From assembly GCA_024626585.2 (NCBI GenBank), contig JANKJI020000002.1, positions 32,228,848-32,245,683 of the forward strand: DNA of 16,836 nt, in the 5' to 3' direction. The position numbers and the translations under genes were made by a program. The DNA is from Ginkgo biloba (Eukaryota; Plantae; Ginkgophyta). This document shows, piece by piece, positions 8,915-16,836 of the stretch. Position 1 is the stretch's first letter. Each line of letters starts with the position of its first letter. The notes under the pieces are model-generated. The model did not search any database and was not told the origin of the DNA. It saw nothing but the letters and a program-made list of their open reading frames with translations.

Positions 8915-10412
8915 AATGTTTTCATTAGTGAGCACTGCTTTTGTAATCATCTTAGATTTTTGTCCCTCGTTATTACAAAATGTACCTGTATAATTTTTTT
9001 GTAGACATGCAATGCGTAATCTTCTACCATATGCAATTGACTCTGCGACTGTTCTGGGTTTGAACTCAATAGAGAATGATAAAAGAAATGTGCGAGGAAA
9101 CTTTATTTTTTCTAAACAATGCATGGAAGAATTACGGAAGTAGAAGTATTCTGTTGAATCGGTATTGAACTGTTGGATAATTTGTCGTCCATTGTGAAGG
9201 GCAAATTTGTATAAACTTTGGCAGATCAAAATATGTTCTCTTTATGGCTCACGAGTCCTTGGCTGATTCCTTCCATTTTGCCTCACTGAAGAATTCGTTC
9301 TTTANNNNNNNNNNNNNNNNNNNNNNNNTTATGGGTTCATTTATATCTCACGCTCTATTATTCTGAAAGGCAAGTTTTTACGAGCTTTGTAGACAGAGAG
9401 GCTTTGTATGTTTATTCTTGCTTGAAAGTATCTCTCCGGTACGTTTAAAAATAATTTGGCCTCGTTTTTTTTAACTTCCTTCTGGAGTTTTTGAAATGTT
9501 GTGATATCATCTATATAGATTATTTGAAATCATGGATTTATTATAAACTTGGGAGATGCTTCTGTGCAAATTCAACAATTTCTCATACACTAGAAAATAC
9601 AAAATTAGGATGATAACAAGCATTTTTAACCTTTCTTTTTGAATAGAACATAATCTTTCATATTATCTATTCACCTTATAGGCTTCATGTATTGGCCATA
9701 AGTGTTGAACCTAGTGCCCCATACATGATTACACTTTACCATTTGTCTGTTCTTAGGAGCATTACAATGATAACAAGTATTGCAAAGTCCATAGAATTGT
9801 AGCAAAAAGGAGGAAAATATTGTACTCTAACAAAGGGACAAAGCCCAAGGCTACCAAGGTTGTATCATGGCCTTTGTGCTCCTTGGTAAAGAACATGGCT
9901 CTCCATATCCATTCATGGTACTTTATGTTCGATGATAATGAAGATGATTATTGATACCCTAGTTCCGTGGATAGTACCTACAAGAGAAAGTAATAGACCT
10001 TTGCATGGCCTAATAATTTGAACATGAGAAATAGCTTGCTTACTAATGGNNNNNNNNNNNNNNNNNNNNNNNNNNNNNNNNNNNNNNNNNNNNNNNNNNN
10101 NNNNNNNNNNNNNNNNNNNNNNNNNNNNNNNNNNNNNNNNNNNNNNNNNNNNNNNNNNNNNNNNNNNNNNNNNNNNNNNNNNNNNNNNNNNNNNNNNNNN
10201 NNNNNNNNNNNNNNNNNNNNNNNNNNNNNNNNNNNNNNNNNNNNNNNNNNNNNNNNNNNNNNNNNNNNNNNNNNNNNNNNNNNNNNNNNNNNNNNNNNNN
10301 NNNNNNNNNNNNNNNNNNNNNNNNAGCGACATCATATACATACTTGAAGACACTTGATAGGATTATAATGAGCATATACCTTAGTTTACCTTGAGGGTGA
10401 TAATGCCTTAAC

Positions 10413-10490
10413 AACCCTTTGGGACTTGTGTTGGGGGCTTACCCATTGGAATTATGTTGGAGGATTACCCATTGCAATTATGTTGAAGGA
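10413..10490. repeat. 26-bp tandem repeat, 2 good copies plus 1 degenerate
   Basis: TTACCCATTGGAATTATGTTGGAGGA (10439-10464) and TTACCCATTGCAATTATGTTGAAGGA (10465-10490), with a diverged copy upstream. Confidence 0.8.
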
Positions 10491-12397
10491 TTTTGTATCT
10501 AGTACTTTTGTTATAGTGTCAACACAATCACTTAAGGATCAATGCATCAAGCATCTATTTTAGTGGAGGTCAATCAAGGGATCAAAATAAGTATCAGGAA
10601 AATAAGCATGAGCATCTTGTAGGGTAGCAATATGTTGGAAACCAAGCTCCTAAAAGCAATATACACATGAAACCTTAAGCCTTGTAGGCAAGTTGTTGAA
10701 AATTTGTTATCCACATACATTCATCTTGACTATTGTAATTGTATCATGTGTGCCAAAAACAAGGACATTGGTCTCTATTCACACCTTTAGGCTAGCAAGT
10801 TATTAATCTATCATATACACCGCACTTGGGGTTTCATTCATGCAATATGAGCCCATGGATCAAAGCCTAATGTTCGTAACACTTTTGAAATCATAGTAAT
10901 TGAGAGAATGCAATTAATCTGATTCAAAAGTGCAAGACAAGAAGTTGGGCTAACACACCTTTTAACGGTTCATGTCAATGGTGATTTACCCTAAATCTCT
11001 TAGAGACTTTGTGATACCCTATCTCAAAACTCCATCATATGGCCATTCTCTAAGCAATAAGACATAAGAAATCAACACACAAGTATATTTTTTAAAAAAG
11101 TACAACAAGTTGCATATTGTCATAAATTCCATATATCATGTGATTCCATCAACAAACACCAAACCCTAAAGCCAAACAAATTATGCAAGAGAAAGAGGCA
11201 TTTAAAGCATGTTATATAACACCTATGAGAAGGTTGTCTTCAGTTTGCAGAAGTCCTCAAAGGTCATATATGCATTTTGAGAATCAGGAACCATGCATAC
11301 AAGCTAGAAAAAAGGTAGAAAACTTTATCTACTACATATGGGGGTTATTATATCATCAAATGTTCTCTAAGAAAAAGTTGATGGATGAATTTAAGGTGTA
11401 CCCTCATGCTCCATCTGCTTAAAGAATCCCAACAATAGTCTCTCTAAGGAAGAAAATATGGGATTGTGATATATATGCTTGAAAGAGAACAAGATGAGAT
11501 GATAATGGAGATCCTTTCAAGATTTAGGACCGAGTTGATGTTTGAAATAAATTTTTAAATTCTTTTGAGATCTAATCAAGGCCCTAACTAGTCTTGTTAG
11601 GAGTTTTATTACGTGCGCTTTGAATGAATGTGTCAAATCCCAAATGTCGTCAAACTACATAATGAAAATTGCAAGATTGTTGGTGAAACTTAAAATGGCC
11701 ATAACATTCTTGTTCAACATCCTACTAAGGTCCACGATTGCTCACTTTAAAGGGAATAGCAAACACCTCTTAGCATGCAAATTAAAGATATAAATATTAG
11801 TGGTATTACATTAATGCCATATTGGTAAACTAGCTCCAAAATTTNNNNNNNNNNNNNNNNNNNNNNNNNNNNNNNNNNNNNNNNNNNNNNNNNNNNNNNN
11901 NNNNNNNNNNNNNNNNNNNNNNNNNNNNNNNNNNNNNNNNNNNNAAAAAGAAAAAGAAAGTTTTCTAAAGGAGATAGAAAACTTAAAGAAGGTAAAAGAT
12001 ATTGAAACTGATGAGAATGTTGAGAATAAACAAAATGATGTGATTGATGAAATGAGTTGTGAGAAACAAATCAAAAACATTACTGCCACTGTGTGTGCAT
12101 TTTGTATCTCACAAAATCGTTTCCAAATCTCACCACAAAAATAAGAGGAGTCTTGTCACTGGCAGCAGCAACATAATCATGAAGCTGCACAACTTTTGAT
12201 GCACTATGTGATAGCCCTGTTCCCAAAACCCAGTAGAGTTCTAAGCCGAGATGTGTAAAATGGACCTGATTTAGTAATTTCCAGCAAGTAGAAATGCAAA
12301 ATAAAAAAATTATTTTTATTATATAGGTAGTTTGCTAACAAGAGCCCCTTCTATTGTTTTCTTTACTTTTGATACTTAAATCCTTAGTAGAACTAAT

Positions 12398-12640
12398 ATG
12401 CATTGCATCATTAATGGAAGTTTAGCAGTACACACCATGTCTAAACATGCATTTGAACAAGTAGGTATTACAACCTGCAATGAGACGTTTAATAGTCTTA
12501 AGGGTTTTGACAATTTGTCTTCCAACCTACTGGGTATAATTTGTGACTTCCCCAACTCGCTTGGTGGGAAACTTGTTCACATCGACATAGAAGTTATAGA
12601 TAAAAAATTGGATTACAAACTCTTGCAAGGAAGACCATAG
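12398..12640 (+). pseudogene. Retropepsin (aspartic protease) relic
   Basis: HCIIN (catalytic D to N)...LKGFD...LGGKLVHIDIEVID..LDYKLLQGRP matches the gypsy protease pattern ending in LLGRxW. Confidence 0.85.
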
Positions 12641-13309
12641 ATGTAAGCCATAAGTACTATCTTGTCATCTGTCTTCCACACTATCTAATTTTTCCCTAAT
12701 GAACTTGCCAACTAACTCTAATTCATTCAACCACCTTTTGCTCTCGAAATCATAGAGTGTAATCTACCTATGGTCTTGATCAAAGTGTCTCTTATCCATC
12801 TTTCAAAAGTGTGCCACTTGCTCTTGGCCTCTACCAAAATATAACTCTTACCCCAACCTTCTTAAGCTCTATGTCATTGCACATGAGTTCCCTTGTTACA
12901 AAGCAAGGATCTTCTCTTTCTTAGCCTCAAGCAATCTCTANNNNNNNNNNNNNNNNNAAACACTTTTCATGTACTCATTCTTTAGTTGTCCCCACTTAAC
13001 ATTGTCTCAAATGATGAAGCTCCCCTTGAGTTTCTATAAGGACTCGAGTCTAACTAGGTTTTGACCTATCACAAACATGGGAAACCCTATTTCATAAGGT
13101 CTAAACCCTTTCCTTGAAGAGCCCTAGGGAATACTCATAATGAAAACTATTGACTTCCTTCCCTTCAAAGTTACTAATTTTACCAACTTCACCCCTTCTA
13201 CACTAGATAGTTTTGAGGAGCATAATTATGAATGTTAGAGGAACTCAATTGCACTCTCCACATCAAGTGTACTCTCGAGGAAGAACACCTATAGAAACTC
13301 CTCTTCTAA

Positions 13310-13880
13310 GCATTTAGAGATATTTTTAGTTGGCCTTACTTAGAAATAGGTAGAATGGACCCCATAGTAGTTGTGCACAACATTATTGTACAAATTAGTG
13401 TTAGAGGCCAACAAATTCAAAGCTTTCTCCTACCATTAAAAAAAGAATGAAAAATCTCTTGGACACCTATTTTATGTGTCGTGTTGACTTTATTGAATGG
13501 ATCACCAACGCAGTACCCATTGAGAAGAAAAATGGTACCATTAGGATTTGCATTGCTTACCATGACCTTAATAAGGCATGTCCAAAGGACAACTACCCAA
13601 CTCCCCTTATTGAGGAAGTTATTGATTTCTTTTCCAATTACTAATTCTTATCACTTAATGGATGACTTTTAATGTTATAATCAAATCCTTATTTTCAAAT
13701 GTGATAAGGCAAAAACCACCTTCACAAATCCTTAGGGGCACATTTTCCTTCGCATCATGCCATCTAACTTTTGGAATATTAGGGTAAGCTTCTAATGAGC
13801 AATGAATTTGGCTTTTCATAACATTACCCCAAATGTTGTTGATGCTTTCTTTGATGATTTGTCCAACAAATCACAAAAAG
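13310..13880 (+). pseudogene. Gypsy reverse transcriptase relic
   Basis: IFSWPY...MDP..VVHNI; WITNAVPIEKKNGTIRICI.Y.DLNKACPKDNYPTP; YNQI; KTTFTNP*G; FFDDL (YxDD box, DD at 13853-13858). Confidence 0.93.
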
Positions 13881-13937
13881 ATCAAGATTAACATACTATA
13901 TGAGGTGGTGTTAGCAAAGTTAGTTTATTAATAGTAG

Positions 13938-14206
13938 TTGAGACCAGTGTCACAAGGATGAGAATCTATGATAAACACATGGTTGTCCATGAAAAACTGA
14001 AGATGACAAAAGTTGAAAACAATTGAGATCAATGCCACAAGGATAAGAATCTATGATAAACACATGGTTGTCCATGAAAGACTGAAGATGACAAAAGTTA
14101 AAACTTAAAAACAATTGAGATCAATGGCACAAGGATAAGAATTTGTGATANNNNNNNNNNNNNNNNNNNNNNNNNNNNNNNNATGGAAGATTGAAGATTA
14201 GAAAAG
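13938..14206. repeat. Tandem repeat of about 85 bp, about 3 copies, in an insertion after the RT
   Basis: Units start TTGAGA at 13938, 14023 and 14115. Core CACAAGGAT(G/A)AGAATCTATGATAAACACATGGTTGTCCATGAAA.ACTGAAGATGACAAAAGTT. The third copy spans an N gap. Confidence 0.9.
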
Positions 14207-14887
14207 ATAATACTAGGTGTGCGATCAAAGGAGTAGGGAAAGAAAGTGAATGAGTATAGAATAGAGTATCTTTCTTAGTATTGCTAGGACCAAATGGCCT
14301 ATGTGACACCTATGTTGCAATTACAAAATTTCTATTCCCATGATTGAGAGTTGCAAAATTCTCTTTACGATTGTTAATGCTTCTTTAAACATTTATGACC
14401 TTAAATAATATACAAAGGGCAAACATTGCTACNNNNNNNNNNNNNNNNNNNNNNNNNNNNNNNNNNNNNNNNNNNNNNNNNNNNNNNNNNNNNNNNNNNN
14501 NNNNNNNNNNNNNNNNNNNNNNNNNNNNNNNNNNNNNNNNNNNNNNNNNNNNNNNNNNNNNNNNNNNNNNNNNNNNNNNNNNNNNNNNNNNNNNNNNNNN
14601 NNNNNNNNNNNNNNNNNNNNNNNNNNNNNNNNNNNNNNNNNNNNNNNNNNNNNNNNNNNNNNNNNNNNNNNNNNNNNNNNNNNNNNNNNNNNNNNNNNNN
14701 NNNNNNNNNNNNNNNNNNNNNNNNNNNNNNNNNNNNNNNNNNNNNNNNNNNNNNNNNNNNNNNNNNNNNNNNNNNNNNNNNNNNNNNNNNNNNNNNNNNN
14801 NNNNNNNNNNNNNNNNNNNNNNNNNNNNNNNNNNNNNNNNNNNNNNNNNNNNNNNNNNNNNNNNNNNNNNNNNNNNNNNNNNNNNNN

Positions 14888-15900
14888 GGCCAAAAGAATA
14901 TTGAATGATCACCATGTTAGGGCATGTGGGTAGTCATTTACTTATCTTGCAAATGTCTACAAAAATACTACATATAGAGTTTCTATCCCACAAATTTCTT
15001 AGATTGCTATGTTGTAGTCCAATGCTATTTTGATTATCATTTATATAGTAAGAAAGATGATAGCCCCACATTGCCATTGTATTTTATCACATATGTTGAC
15101 CCCATCGTCTAATGGTGAATAGATTTCATGGAGTGTCGACCCCCTTATTTGACATTGAAAAATACATCATAGTTCTAATGGACTATTTTATCAAATGGAT
15201 TGAAGTAATACCCCTCACAAAAATAATGGCCATACAATCACCATGTCCATATTCAATCACATCATTTGTTGATTTGGCATCCCTAGCTAGATCATCTTCA
15301 ACCATAGTTCACACTTTGTGAGAAAAATAATGAGGGAGTTATTTAAATGTGACATAGATCATGTTAAATTCTCACCACAATATCCCTAATTAAATGATTT
15401 GGTTGAAGTAGTTAACTCAATAATCAAAACAATGGTTTAATGAATTATTTCATAAAATAGATGTGATTGGCACCTTAAGTTATATTCATTTCTTTGGGCA
15501 TATCATACTTCCATGAAGGCAACAACAAGGTTCCCACCCTTCTACAACCAAGATGCATTTCTACCACTACAATGCAAGGCCATATTGTATCTTTGTCAAA
15601 ATTGAATAACTTGATGAAAGCCATCACAAAGATCTATTATACATAGAAATCATAAAAATGACCATAAAGGCTACTTATAATTACAATTCCAGACCTCATT
15701 GATTCTACAAGGGCAACCTTGTGCTTGTCTAGGATCAATCTACTAATAAGAGGGGGGCGAGAAAACTCAATCCAAAATCGCATGTTCCATACATTATCAG
15801 TTCTACCTTGATTCAAGATGCATATAACCTCATTTACCATGATGGATTCCTTTATGTTGAACTTGTCAACAAAGTTTACCTATAAAATTTTTACACTTGA
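14888..15900 (+). pseudogene. Gypsy integrase relic (zinc-binding region + rve core)
   Basis: ILNDHH.ACG; W*IDF; YIIVLMDYFIKWIEVIPL; NHIIC*FGIP; SPQYP..N.LVE; DWHLKL..FLWAYHTS. Confidence 0.9.
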
Positions 15901-16836
15901 CAAAATATCCTATCATTATGTGTAAATAAAAATCACAAGAAACATTTATATTTTCAATACAAAGAATTATAAATCAACATTAATAGCATGTGCATGCATA
16001 GCATCAAACAATAAAATACATGATAGGTTGTGACCAAATATATATCCATATATACTATATAAATATATGTATAAGTAAAACTATAGACTATACAACCATG
16101 CACATCATAAAGTCTATAAAGTGTAGAAAATACAAATCTTAGACACTTCCACTATAACATCAAGTATATCGTAAAATCAATGGCTAAGCCCTACACCACT
16201 AGGGTCCACTCTTAGATGCCCACCCTCAACATGATGATGCTTGGTTTCCCTCCTCTCATCCATCTCATGTGGTCTCCGACAAACATGAACAACATTCATA
16301 ACAATCCAAATGGATCTTTTCTCCTAAAGAGGGGATAACTCTAATCACAAACAATCCTCAACACTCGAGGATTATTTGGCACATGGACAAATAAACTCCC
16401 TTAGAATATCATCCACCTACAATTCAAGATCAAGTCTCATAACCATTTCTCATCTAAGATATATTAGCATGATATAGATTAGAGTTAGTAGACATAAAGA
16501 TGATGTCATGTACACAAAAGATTGAAAGAATAAATAAACATACTTGTAGAATCTAGCTACTTGCTAATAGGCCATGACAAGTGAGAATCCTACAACAAAT
16601 CCATGCCAACATAGGAAAACTCCACGAACTCTAGAGTTGTTGTTGATACGAAAGCATTGAATCTATTATTAGCCATACCCATAGTGTGTTTCTCTAATCC
16701 ATTTAATCTTGCTCCAAATATGATAACCACAAATGCCTACTTTATCAACCGAGGAATTAATGGATCAACATGAGTATTATCTTTAATATGGACCAAATCA
16801 AGAAATTGTTTAAAGAAAATACACATAAAGATAGAG

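Larger units (their letters stand above)
12380..15900 (+). mobile_element. Degenerate Ty3/gypsy (Tat-like) LTR retrotransposon pol region
   Basis: Domain order PR-RT-(gap)-INT is that of gypsy elements. RT has the Tat-type signature DLNKACPKD. Many stops and frameshifts. The frame ends NKVYL*NFYT* at 15900. Confidence 0.92.

Noticed and set aside
8825-9229. 134-aa minus-strand ORF overlapping the last exon and 3' UTR
   Set aside because: No recognisable motif, and it is antisense to a well-supported exon. Probably chance.
13938-14206. CRISPR-like array
   Set aside because: Head-to-tail repeats with no unique spacers, in a eukaryotic TE context.

Overview
AT-rich, CpG-poor, gap-containing eukaryotic DNA, most likely a large land-plant genome (fern or gymnosperm-like, inferred from the TE families). 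Most of it is decayed retrotransposon sequence. From left to right: the PPT and 3' LTR of a Ty3/gypsy element (253-655) truncate a near full-length, degenerate LINE on the minus strand (about 656-5700; ORF1, APE endonuclease, RT), which carries another insertion. On the right is a degenerate Tat-like Ty3/gypsy pol (protease, RT, integrase; about 12380-15900, +). Between them lies an apparently intact host gene of 8 small exons (+ strand, 6094-8914, about 167 aa) that the ORF track almost entirely misses. Its protein resembles human CINP, a subunit of the SPATA5-SPATA5L1-C1orf109-CINP (55LCC) AAA-ATPase complex. That similarity is judged by eye from recalled sequence and needs a profile or structure check.
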